Assembly (NCBI GenBank): GCA_964016885.1
Contig: OZ024744.1
Span: 50,468,001-50,532,000, forward strand
Direction: 5' to 3'
Source: Eledone cirrhosa
Taxonomy: Eukaryota
Length of the DNA stretch: 64,000 bases
Shown: positions 13,449 through 25,879 of the stretch, piece after piece
Position numbering within the stretch: the stretch's first letter is position 1
Layout: each line of letters opens with the position of its first letter
The notes under the pieces: generated by a model
The model's input: the letters and a program-made list of their open reading frames with translations, nothing else
Databases searched by the model: none
What the model was told of the DNA's origin: nothing
Translations under genes and position numbers: made by a program

Positions 13449-13779
13449 ATTGCTTTGAATTATAAATAAAATTGATGATTAGGGTGTTCAATAAGGCCTC
13501 TGTGTTGTGCAAATAGTCACTTGTATTTTTGTTGAGATGTTTCTCTTAAGATGTGATCAGTCAGTGAAAAGGTGTAATGAGACAAAGGTTATAGTCCATA
13601 TAATAGTAATTTGGTCTGGTGTTGGCATGAGGAAGACAGCATGCTATCAAATAGGCAAGTTGCAGAGTGTATTGTATAACTAAACGGCAGTGTATCTATA
13701 ATAATGGCTAGTTGCTTTAACAGTAAACACATGGCCCTTGGAAATGTCTTCTTTTCTGACAAGTGACACCGTGAGTCTC

Positions 13780-15190
13780 CCACAAGGGAAAGTTGATGTC
13801 CCTGGAGTTATTGATCAGTCTTTCGGTAGTTGTGACAATCCAGAAAATATCTGTGAGAAAACATTTCTTTCGCTACATCAGTTCCCCGCCCAGATTTATT
13901 CAGATTTAATGATCGATAAGCAAAGATGTAGTGAACCAATGATCTCAGATAGAAAACTGCTGCATACTTCCCATGTAGAAAGCAAACAAGAGATTGATAA
14001 ATGATAGATGTGATGGGGAATATTACTTGAAATATTGGACATAGCAAGAGGGCCAGTGCACCCATTGACTGGATCTGGTTCTGGTTTTTGGTATAGAGTT
14101 AGGAGTACGAGTGGATAGAAGCACTGATGTTGGGTTAACTTGGTCTGGTGGTGAGGGTACTTCCAAATCCACATAGGTCTTTTTTAAATGGTTAACACTG
14201 ACAGCATCCCTCTTTCCATTTATGTCCCAAATGAAATTCTCGGGTGTTCTTTTGAGAACTTGGTGTGTTAATTCATTAAAATAGTTTGATTTGAACTGGC
14301 CTCCTCTGTCAGTTGTGATAGTAGATGTTCCATAATGTGAAATCCAATGCTATACTAGCACTTGGCAACAGTTTTGGCTGTGGTATCAGAGAGAGGATTT
14401 GAATTGAGGCCACCAAGAGAACCTGTCAACACAGGTCAAAAGGTAAGTGTAACCATGAGGAGGCAGTGATCTGATGATGTCGATGTGCACACGTTGGAAA
14501 TGTGCATCCAGTGTTGAGAAGTTGTGTGGAGGAGTTCTGATATGGTTAAGAAATTTTGCCTTCTGACAATGGACGCAAAGCCTGCCCATTCTCTGACACC
14601 CTTGTTTATACCAGCCCACACAAACTAGGCTGCAAACTTCAGGGTGGAGTTGGCACCAGAATGCGATAAATTATGCAAAATGGAAAAAAACCCGAATGTT
14701 TATGTGTTAGAGATATATAAGGGTGTTTGCAACCAGTAGAAAAATCACACCAAATACAACTAAGAGAAAAAAGTAGAATGAGTTTGAAAGATAAAGAAAA
14801 AGGGGGAGAATTTGGGAGTTAAAGGAGCTCTCTGTCTGTCTCTGGGCCAGCAACAATCTCTTGGAGGTTGATTGAAGCAGAGATGTGCAGTGCATTTATG
14901 TGTGTGTGTGTGTGTGAAAGGGCTTCGGCTGCAGAGTTGTCTGAACCCTTAATGTAGCAAATATCCATTGTATATTGGGATATATAATCAAGTTGGCACA
15001 CTTCTCTAGGTGAGTAGCAGTCAGGCTTAGAACATAAAGCTTGTTCCAAGCCTGACTGCTACTGTGAGAGGTTGGTGATCTGTGTAAATGGAGGAAACAG
15101 AACCTTTCAACATGAGACAGAAATATCTCACACTGAGGTACGCTGCCAATAGTTTATAGCAAAAAGTGCTACAGATCATTTCAGAGGATG
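13780..15190 (-). mobile_element. Older degenerate Gypsy pol fragment (RNase H-integrase)
   Basis: Seen: YSPREVCQLDYISQY, YIKGSDNSAAEALS, HCQKAK, RVHIDII, YLLTCVDRFSWWP. Confidence 0.85.
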
Positions 15191-15589
15191 AGTTGTTCTT
15201 TTTTAAAGATATATAGAGTGATAAATAGAAATCAAGGGAAGCAATATAGTAGTTAATAGAGGGGAAAATGATATAGTTTATGAAGATGAAAGGGAACTAA
15301 CTATTGTAGAGATCATGTAAAGGAGAACAAAGGAGAAACAATAATGATTGGGTTTGTTGAGGAGGGTTGAAATGAAATAGATTAGTGATATCAGTGGTTA
15401 GTATTTTTAATCTGCTATCTGTGATATATAAGAATGAGGTCATCTTGACCCAACCAAACTATCAGCAGGAAGTCAGAACATATGTGGAAATGTTGGAAGG
15501 ACATTTTAAAAAACTGCTTTCTAAAACATGAAATGACCTTCAGATATCCTGAAATATAATCAAGAAGTAAACTCGCAAGCCATGTATGA

Positions 15590-16445
15590 GCCCTTAATGA
15601 TATAGACTCATTTGGGATGGTGGTTCAAAGGCAAAATATCAATTCTTACTCATATGTGAAGTGAGTGGTTGTCAGTCCCTTTTATGAAACTAGTTTGGAA
15701 ACAGTGGTGTCAGGTGGAATATTTGGGGTGGGGAGACAAAAGTGATGGATGATGGGTGTGTCATTGCCTAGTTGTATGTCCCACAGATGCTTTGCAAATC
15801 AATCCACCAGATAGCAGCCTGTTTGTTAGATGTAGATTAACCTGCTGAGTGAAGGTGAAAGGGGTGCAGGTGAAACAGTGATGGATGTGGAAGGAATTAT
15901 GGTTTGGACTGGAGAGGGCATTGTGTTTGGCAAGGATTGGGCAGATATGGCAGTGGGAGCTGGAGCAGGGAAGAGAGCCTGTTAGAGTCCTAGATGAGGA
16001 GGGGGAAGAACTATGGACAAGAAGCTCATGGTGTTGGGGGATTAGGAAAATACTGTGAAATGATGAGATCAGAGAGGAGGGTTTGGAAGCAAAAAATGAT
16101 ATGGCAATGGTGGGAGGTAAGGTAGAGATGTGGTAAGTGAGGTGAAAGAGAAGGCAGATAACAGGGGGTGGGTGGGGAGGCAGGGTGAGAGGGGGGAGGT
16201 GCAGTCAATTTCACGGGCATGGGAGAGGGTTGCTTTGATTGAGGTGGGAGTGTATCCATGCCAAATGAAGTGAGACGTCATGTGTTGAGACTGTGCCCAA
16301 AATCATGATCTTGGCTGCAGAGTCAATGATGAAGGAATTAGGGGTAGAATATGGAGTGTTTGTTGTGGATGTGGAGGGCCGTGAAATCAAGTTAGGTGTG
16401 GGAGTCAGTCAGCTTATAAAAGATGGAGACACAGAGGAGCAAGAA
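15590..16445 (-). mobile_element. Penelope-like element relic (RT C-terminus and GIY-YIG endonuclease)
   Basis: Seen by hand translation: IFYKLTDSH..LDF, LCSQDHDF, HFIWHGY..IKATL..AREID, YI*QTG..LVD*FAKHL, E*ELIF; heavily mutated. Confidence 0.7.
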
Positions 16446-18051
16446 AAGTCATTGAGAAGATCACAGAATATGTGATGAAAGATTTTTGTCAATTAAATAT
16501 GACAACTAAATAAACACCTAGTTTAACCCAGGAATGGATTAACTAATAATAAAACTAAAGAAAAACTGGTGCATGTGTTTTTATTGACCTTCCCTAAGTA
16601 TAACAATATATAGATATATGTATTTATATGTGTATATATATATATATAAATATAAAAGGCTCCCACTCCACACTGTAAATGTGGTTGGTGTTAGGAAGGG
16701 CATCCAACCATAGAAAACCTGCCAGATAGAGTCCTATACGAGCAAGACACAATCACCCAATCAATCTTGCTTCAAATGGAGCAATTCCCGTCTAACCCAT
16801 GCTAGCGTGGAAGATAGACGTTAAACGACGATGATGATGATGATGATGATGATGATATCCTTCATACATGGCTATACCAACGCAATCTCCTCTCCAAAAC
16901 ACAACATTTGATACCTCTTATGTTTAGTCCTTCTCTCAATTCGTTTATACTTCACCGTTCCTGAACATTACTATTACAAATCCATTGGAAGATGGCAGCT
17001 ACTTAAAGAAACCCCAGGGGCTTGGACCAATGGAGAAGGCAGACCCAGGAAGATTTAGGATTAGGTAGTGAAGACCAACCGACTAACCTTACAAAGTTAA
17101 AGAGATGAAAAATTACTGTCAGGGTTGGCTTTATGCTGTGCTTGTGAAAACCCAGCCACCAGCAACAATATATGACCCATCCCCATATCCCCCTTCCACC
17201 ACCACTTCCTAGCATCCTAACTATTACTGCACACACCCACCTCATCCCATTCATGCTCCACTAGTATCACTTCTTGCCCCACCCCCACCCCATTTTAAAA
17301 TCCTTAGGTAGCCTTTTTAATATACCCTAGTAACTATTCACTCTACACTATTCACCATACCACACCTGTGTCTCTTCCACTGCAACTCCTTAGCACACCC
17401 CCTCTTAAGCCATTAGATACCCTCTCTATTGCACCTTAGTAGCCATTCCCTCTACCCCTGTGCAACCCACTCGTCCAGCTCTTGCTAGCACGTTAAATGG
17501 TGATGATGATATATATTATATATATATATGTGTGTGTATGTGTGTGTGTATTTATATATACATATTATATATATGTGTTTATACATATATATATGTATGT
17601 AAAAGGTAAACAAAAATAACAAAACAAACGGCACAGTACATGGAAGAAATATATTAGTTTAACACTTGAAATAGCATGAAGAAAGTCTTAACGTTTCGGA
17701 CACTAGTTTTTCATCAGAAGACAGTTAGAAATAGAAGATAAATAGAAAATAAAGAGTGATGAGAGGAAGGAACGGGGAAAATGAAAAAAAAATCACACAT
17801 ATACGTATTCAGTCGGCCATATATATATATATTATATATATAAACGGAAAAAATGAAACGAAATTTCATTTCCCACTCTTAGTACGGCTGTTACTTAAAT
17901 ATAAGTATGTACACGTACATACATATATGTATACAGACGTTTTCGGTGCACCCGGCCGATTAACCCACTCGATATGCAAATTGGGCTACTCAGCCGTTAA
18001 TATGCATAAGGTAAGTATATACGTTCAACAATCTGGCAGGAAGGTAGGTAT

Positions 18052-18094
18052 ACGTTGCTGAAGATAGCTAATAAGCTTGAAACTAGTACAGCGT
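18052..18094 (+). ncRNA. Minimal type I hammerhead ribozyme motif
   Basis: Seen: ACGTTG-CTGAAGA-tAGCT aata AGCTt-GAAA-CTAG-TA-CAGCGT; helix I 6 bp, palindromic helix III. Confidence 0.7.
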
Positions 18095-19348
18095 TCCTTT
18101 GTCAGTGTTGAACAAACGAGCAACGATGGTTGCTAGACACTACGGCTTAATACGGGATGTTTGTTTACAAACACACCGAGCATTATAATAAATGTTCGGT
18201 GAATCCCTACGTGCATATATATATGTGTGCATGTATGTATATATATATATATACATACTACTGTACGTCTGTATACATATATGTATGTACGTGTACATAC
18301 TTATATTTATATATATATATATATATGCATTAATACAGAAGACCAGCCAACCCATGTGCAAGGGGTTGAAGTATATATCCAGTATGCCTAACTTTCCTCT
18401 ACCTGCCTCTCCCTCCCCCTTCCATACATTTCCCACATCCTAACACCTACCATTTACCAGATAAGTCCCTCCACCTTAGATCTACCTCACCCAACCCATC
18501 CCCCAGCACACACTGTAAAGTGGTCGTGTAGGTGTTACGATAAAAAGCACCCAGTCCACACAGTAAATGTGGTTGGCATTAGGAAGGGTATCCAGCCGTA
18601 GAAATCTAGCCAGAAACAGCTCTATATGAGCAAGACATGGTCATCTGATTTGGCTTATTTTATAACGGGACAACTCGTTAAACGATGATGATGATGATAT
18701 ACATGTGTGTGTGTGTGTATATGGGTGTGTGTGTGCATACATATGTATATAAGTGTGTGTGTGTATATATACATATATATATATACATACATTCATATAT
18801 AAATACGTATGTTTATATATATATAAATATATGTCTATGTGTATTTATACACAATATATACACAATATTATATATATATACGCACATAAATACAATAGTT
18901 ACCTGTTTATCAAAAGTGTGTTGAATAGCCCACCTGTTCGACACACTGCATATATATATGTACACATACACATATATATGTATATGTGTTTATACACAAA
19001 CATATATATATAGGGAGATAGAGAGAGAGAGAGAAAACGATATTGATATATGTATATATATATATATGTGTGTGTGTATATAAAGTACTTTAACGCATAT
19101 ATATTTACATGTAAATATTTTTTCGACATTCCTTATAATCGATTATTTATATATGAGCTAATCAACAGCGAGTATTGCCTTCACTCCGTAAACTTACAGC
19201 GAAACCGGAAGTGGAATGAAATATCTTACCTGTTGTAGCATCAATGGCTTACTAAACCGTATATATACGTATATATGCTCTCTCTCTATATATATATATC
19301 GTCTGCGGCCTTTTTATCCGAACATTTCGACCACTCAGACGATAAAAA

Positions 19349-19525
19349 ATGAATGAATTTGATAAAAAAGATGGAGTAGAACAAGTTTCAATGAATTCGG
19401 AGCCCAATTTATCAGCGCCTGTTGAGAATTCGATGAAAGTTCGATTCAACGAACTGTTGAAAGCCTTAACGAACAGTGAATCTTCTGTCAGCAACAGGGA
19501 TGTGGTTGATGGTGTTTTGCATTTA
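19349..19525 (+). CDS. NBEA: Neurobeachin/LRBA family, first coding exon (59 codons)
   Basis: Seen: ATG, MKVRFNELL...VSNRDVVDGVLHL, donor GTAAGT phase 0. Knowledge: matches NBEA/LRBA N-terminus (VSNRDIVETV..L). Confidence 0.85.
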
Positions 19526-19699
19526 GTAAGTCAAACGTTTATTTGAGTTTAAGTTTTTGTGTGTGTGCATATATATGTATATATTCACACACGCACTTCT
19601 AACCTTTCATTTATATATATACACATATATATATATATTAGAAGTGTGTGTGTGATGTTAAATGATGATGTATATATCAAGTATATTCGCTTAATCTTG

Positions 19700-20090
19700 T
19701 TTCAATCATTAGACTGCGGCCTTTCTGGGGCACCGTCTAGCAAGCATTTTAGTCAATCATATCGACCTCAGTACTCATTTACTGGGTTCAGTCATTTGAC
19801 TGCGGCCTTGTTAGGGCACCGCCCTGATTTAGTCTTATTTTTTCAAGTTTGGTACTTATTTTATCGATTTCCTTATTGTTGAACCACTAATTTATGGGGT
19901 ATAAACACAGGTCAAGTGGAAACACAGTTTACATATATATGACGAGCTTCTGCAGTTTCCGTCTCCTAAATTCCAGTCATTGGTCAACTCGAAGCTATAG
20001 TAGAAGACACATGCTTAAGGTTGCCGCGCAGCGGGTCTGAACGCTCAATCAACTGGTTGCAAAGCGAACACCTTAACCACACAGCTATGT
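19700..20090 (-). mobile_element. tRNA-related SINE, degenerate
   Basis: Seen: reverse A/B-box-like head near 20030-20090 and tail shared with other copies (25220, 25690, 42170). Confidence 0.6.
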
Positions 20091-20491
20091 GTGTGACTTT
20101 ATTTATATATATATATATACACACACACAGAGCCAGATGAGGTATTGAGTGCTCATTCAGTTAATGTTTCAATTTTGTTTCTTAAGTACTGTCGTATTTT
20201 AAACACTTTCTAATGTGTGTATGTATATATGTATTGTATTTTGTTTTGCAAGATTCTTGTGAAATAATGTTGAATCTGACATTTGTTACACTTTGGGAGG
20301 GTCATGGCGTCAGTAAAACACACACACCAGTTGAGTTTCACTTATGTTTTACATTTAATCAGGTAACTAATCCACTACCCAGTTAATTTAGTAACCGGTT
20401 GATTATTTAATTGTCAAACATTTTGTCATACATTCTGTGACCTTCTCAATGACTATTTTGGCCCTCTGTATCTTCACTTTGTTTTGATTGT

Positions 20492-20543
<52 letters not shown>

Positions 20544-20865
20544 ATGAGAACGCAGTCGCCCGGCATACAGCTGGTTCGATTCCAACAGGCAACTCTGTCC
20601 ACTGTCTTCAGTTTATAGGAGTTTACATGTCCAACTTGTTCGACTGTTTAATTGTCTAGCCCGCTTTAGCATGCTTATACCTTCAATAAATATATATATC
20701 CAGGGAGTGTAACTTGGAGTTACTGTAGGTTCTCCTGGGTGAGCACTCGATGTTTAGGTTCACTTCAGTGTCGAGGTGTAGAGCTATACAGAGTGTATTA
20801 TAGTTAAATAAGATAACAAGGACGATTGGTTACTCCTTCAATACGTTTATTAGTTGGTGACAAGA

Positions 20866-20950
20866 GGTCTGACGAGCCGCGGATTACAGAGTCAGGTCAG
20901 ATCGATACAAATCGAACCTTGAGCTGGTCAGTGGCGAAACGCGCGTCACC
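20866..20950 (+). ncRNA. Type I hammerhead ribozyme motif inside a 63-bp inverted repeat
   Basis: Seen: GGT-CTGACGA-GCCGC...GTGGC-GAAA-CGCGCG-TC-ACC; complete catalytic core, GUC triplet. Confidence 0.75.
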
Positions 20951-23054
20951 AACCAATAAACGTAATGAGAGAGTAACCAATCGTACTTGTTATCTTATTT
21001 AACTATATATATATATATATATATGTATGTATTTACGTATTTCTATTTGAAATAAATCACGTACTTTATCTACTTATTTAACTGTGGTCTCTTTCGATTC
21101 ATCTTTGGAAAATCATTATTAACTTGTTGAATATCGTGGGTATCCAAAATACAAGAATTTGAACCATTATTATCTGTCCGGTGACCTGGAAAATTAAATA
21201 TAGTTTCGTGGGCACACATTTTCTTATTTCTGAGTACAAGGGAGAGAGACAAACATATAAATAACAAAAATAGTGGGAGAAGGCACACATACACACACAC
21301 ACACACTCAATGAAATGCCATAAGGGGTGCTACAGTTTCCCTCAAATGATACACTTACGGCATTGCTGCTGGTGATAGCGAGGTTAATACACTGGGATAG
21401 CCAAGCACCCTCACTATGAGCGTCACCTGATGGAGCTGTAAGGGCACGTCATGACACGTATCTTGGGGATTTCAAATATGATGGAGCCCATCACTCTCCA
21501 GGTTTGAATATGGGCTAATTTTATTCCAATCAACACATTTGCATTTGTAATGAAATATATATATATATTTATTAGTAGAGATTAAAGTTTCACCTTTTTA
21601 CGGGGTCTTCAGAAGACCCCTAAATAGGGTGAAAGCACATATTCTTTGCTTAAACTTTAATTTGTACTAATAATATTTACTTTATGGGTTTCTATATATA
21701 CTTATATGTATATATATGTGTGCATGTATATATACACACACACACACACACAATCCTTATTGAGCCCTCTTCAAATTTGGTCTTCGTAATTATTATTACT
21801 GTATATATATATATAAGCCCCCAAGACTATCAAGAGTTAAAGACACAGTTGGACACAGACGCATAATGTGTGTGTCCCCAACCATGTGCCTTTAACTCTT
21901 GATAGTGTTAGGGGCGCCACCTTTGGCATTTTTAACTTAGCGAAGCCCATCTGCCTCCATTTCTGAACAGAGCCTATTTCTTCCAGAGAAATATCATGAT
22001 CAAGAGTTGGGTAGTTTGTCACAAACCAAATCAGTACTGAACCGCAGATACGGACCACATGCTTACATATGTTCCCGCACGCTAACAAGGAAATTTTATC
22101 GTGGCATCAACACTAGAGAGGTTGTCATGTCTTTGACAGGTTTCCTGTGACTAGATGTGTTTATTGTGTATAACACCTACACTAGAGAGGTTGTTTCTTT
22201 GATGCAGCCCGTGACTTTTCTTGACCATATTTTGGAATGGGGCATACAAATGGATACCTTTCCTATATGTATGTGTGTGTGCATATGTACATAGAAGAAA
22301 TCAGCTGTGTTCAAATCAGGAGAAAGATAGACTCCTTCATGTTAAAACACAAACAATAGCACCCTTACAACTCCATCAGAAGTTAAGTGCCCATAGATGG
22401 ATACAAACAAACAAGAAGATGCAATAATATGAAATGTGTTATATATATATATATATATAGAGATTTTGTTTTGAAAGATTCCTTGTTAAAATAGTGGAAC
22501 AGATATTGTTATAGTTTGGGAGGGTCATATTGTAAATAGAAACACATGCAACAATTAAATTTTATATATATATGGTGATACACACACCAGTTCAGTTTCA
22601 TTACTAATCCTGTAACTAATCCATTCTTCAATTAGTTGAGTAACCAGATGGTTATTTAATTGTCAAAGCTCTTTCATCATGCATTCTGTGACATTTTTAA
22701 TGACTGTTTTGGCCGTCTGTATTTTCTTTTGATTTTGATTTTGTTCCAGTTACTTCATCTTGTCTTAGAGTAACCCAAACAAAATTGTGAGAGTACCTGG
22801 CTATTTTAGTGTCTTAGCCTTGCTATCACATGTGGCAATACTAGGAGCGTGTTGGCTTGCCTAAAAAATTAAGTGCCTCTCCATAATAAATTAATATAGA
22901 ACACTGTCTTGATAGTCAATCATATCAACCCCAAATACTATTTTTTTAAAATCTGGTATTTATATTATTAATCCCGTTTTGTCAAACATTTATTAAAATA
23001 CTGTACATTACTCTTTTATTGGTTTCAGTCATTAGACTGCAGCAATGCAGAGGG

Positions 23055-23410
23055 CACCAGCATGGCCAAATAGTTAGGTTTGCTTTGCAGTCATTACGTC
23101 CCAGTTTTGATCCATCTTGGCCAAATGTCATTTATCATAATCTCGGATCGAACCATGCCTTGTGAGAGAAATTGGCTAGATGAAAACTGTTTGGAAGCCC
23201 ATCAGATGGACTGTACCTGTAATTCAAAGAGCCAGCTTAGATCAGATGGACTGTACCTGTAATTCAAAGTGCCAGCTTAGTCACACACTGACATGATGAA
23301 TCTCTGTTATGGGTACACTTGTTTGGTCAATGCTCAGCCAGTTACATGTACATTTCATGAGCAGGCTGTTCCATTTATCAAACTGGAACACTCATTGAAA
23401 CTGGTGGAAG
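23055..23410 (+). mobile_element. SINE with internal 40-bp tandem duplication (23201-23280)
   Basis: Seen: degenerate tRNA-like head; ATCAGATGGACTGTACCTGTAATTCAAAG(A/T)GCCAGCTTAG twice. Confidence 0.6.
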
Positions 23411-23424
23411 TCCATTCCATATAT

Positions 23425-24590
23425 CATCATCATCATCAACGTTTAACGTCCGTGTTCCACGCTTGCATGGGTTTGGACGGCGGTTTTCCCACTTGAGGCA
23501 AGAGTGATTGTCCTGCTCGCATAGGACTGTCTCGCGGGTTTTCTACAGCTGGATGCCCTTCCTAACACCAACCAGATTTACAGTGTGGGGCTGGGAGGTT
23601 TTTACCATGTTGCCTACACGGCCACATTACAGCGTGGACTGTGTGTTTTTTTTGTCGTGACACCTACACGATCTCATTTGTTTCGGCCTGGATGGTGTGG
23701 CACCAACATAACTTTACATTGAAAGGGGTGGTGTGGATGGGACGGGGGTGTATTTTGTTAGAGATGCCTACTGACTGTAGTAGGTTTTACTTTGTATTTA
23801 GGTAAGGCGGGTCTTCCCTATTACTGAGTACCGCCAAAGGTCTCGGTCCAGTGACATTGTCTTGGAGAGGTGTAAGCGTGTGAGGTCGGAATTTATCAAG
23901 TCGTCCCAGGTTTTTCTGGGTCTGCCTACTCCGTGGCTACCATCTATTTTTATACAGCTGTCGTCTTTCATGCGCATCACGTGACCATACCAACGTAGCC
24001 TTCTCTCGAGTAAACAACATCTGATCCCTCTTATTTCTAATTTTTTCCTTAGTTCGTTTATGCTTTGCTGTTCGCGTATATTACTATTACACATCCAGCG
24101 GAGCATGCAAGCTTCGTTCCTCTCTAGTCTGCGTATATCCTTGTACACAATGCCCAGGTCTCACTGCCATGCAGCATTGCTGTTCGTATGCAGACATCAT
24201 ACAACCTGCCTTTCATTTTTAGGGAGAACCCTTTAGCGGCTAATAGTGGTATAAGCTCTCTGAACTTTTTCCATCCAGTTCTGACTCTAGCTACTGTACT
24301 TTCCGAGCACCCTCCCCCACTGCTGATTTTGTCACCCAGGTAACGGAAGCTGTCCACTATTTCTATAGAACCCTTTGCGCAATTGAAAGAGCTAGTATTT
24401 TGTGGGCACTTGCTGCTACTTATTGCACCAGATCACAGGCCACATGTAAAATCTATGTCCTTAGTTAGCTTACCTGTGATCCCACTACATCTTTTATGCA
24501 CCCATACTTTGCATTTGGGACATAAAATGGAGTTTCTACCTACGCCTTTCCTACACACTGAGCATGGCCATTTCCCGGAAGGGACCGCCG
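23425..24590 (-). mobile_element. 5'-truncated RTE LINE with 3' UTR and (GAT)n tail
   Basis: Seen: KWPCSVCRKGVGRNS, DSFRYLGD, RRLRWYGHVMR, GRPRKTW, stop at 23798, then UTR and CAT repeats. Confidence 0.92.
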
Positions 24591-24799
24591 CTTTATATAT
24601 ATATATATATATGGTTAAATAAATTTGAAAACCATATAATGCACTAGAAAAAAAATTAAAATTGTTAAAATAACAAAAGAAACGTACCTTCGCAATTTTA
24701 ATTTTCTTTCTAGTGCATTGTATGGTTTTCAAAATTATTTGAATTTGTGTTTCCTATTCAACAATGCTTCAAGCAAACTACAACACTCTGATATATATA

Positions 24800-25181
24800 T
24801 CCTCATTTTATGCCCGCTTTTCCCTGCTTGCAAGGGTGGGACGAGAACTGATTCTGGCTTGATTTCTACAGCTGGATACCCTTCCTAACCCCAATCTCAT
24901 TTACAGTGAGTGCTGGGTGCTTTTTTTTTTTTTTTTGTGGCGACTACACGTCCACTTTACAGTTTGGGCTGGGTGCTTTTTTGCCGTGGCATCTACACAA
25001 CCACTTTGCAGTGGAATGATAGGGACCCCAGTCCTATCATCTCATTTCTACAGCTGCGTAAACTGGATCAATGTGAAATAAAGTGTCTTGCTCAAGGAAA
25101 CAACACATCACCCGGTCTGAGAATTGAACTCACAACCTTTCGATTGCAAGGCCAATGCTCTAACCACTAAGCCATGTGACC
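24800..25181 (-). mobile_element. tRNA-head SINE with RTE-like tail
   Basis: Seen: inverted near-identical copy of 29386-29730. Confidence 0.85.
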
Positions 25182-25879
25182 CTCTCTCTCTCTCTCTCTC
25201 TCTCTCTATTATTACTATTTTCTTGTTTACAGTCATTAGTCTGTTACCTTGCTGGAATCCCACTTTGATTTAGTTTATCATATTGACCCCTGTACTTTAT
25301 AAGTCTGGAATTGAATATCATCATCATCACTGTTTAATGTCTAATGGGCTGTCAATTTATGAGGGTCAAGTGTCCACATCTTGCTCATATATGTTTCAAG
25401 CTTAGGTTTCTATGGTGAGATGCCTTTCCTAATGCTAACCATCTTACATGTTGGATTGGGTGTTTTTGTCATGTCACCAGCATAACAACTGTACACGGTG
25501 GACTAGGTGCTTTTTGTTGTGGCACCAGTACGATCACCTTATATGGTGGACTAGGTGCATCTTGTGGCATCAGCACTCAAATCTAAATGAGAAATACTAA
25601 CAGGACAAAGATTGCTTCTAACTTTTCTGTTGGGTGAGCACATTCAAAAGGCTCTTTGGCCCTTCAGCTAAATATACTCTTTTTTTTTTACTGGTTTCAG
25701 TCATTAGACAGTGGCTACGTTAGGGATTCACCTTGATTTAGTTGATCATATCAACTTACAGCACAATCTTTTTAAAAGTCTGGTACTTATTTTATTAATC
25801 TATTTTGTTTAACCACTAGGCTATGGGACTTAGACACAGGCCCTTGGTCTCCTACTGTATTTTCATTTCACTGAGATTT

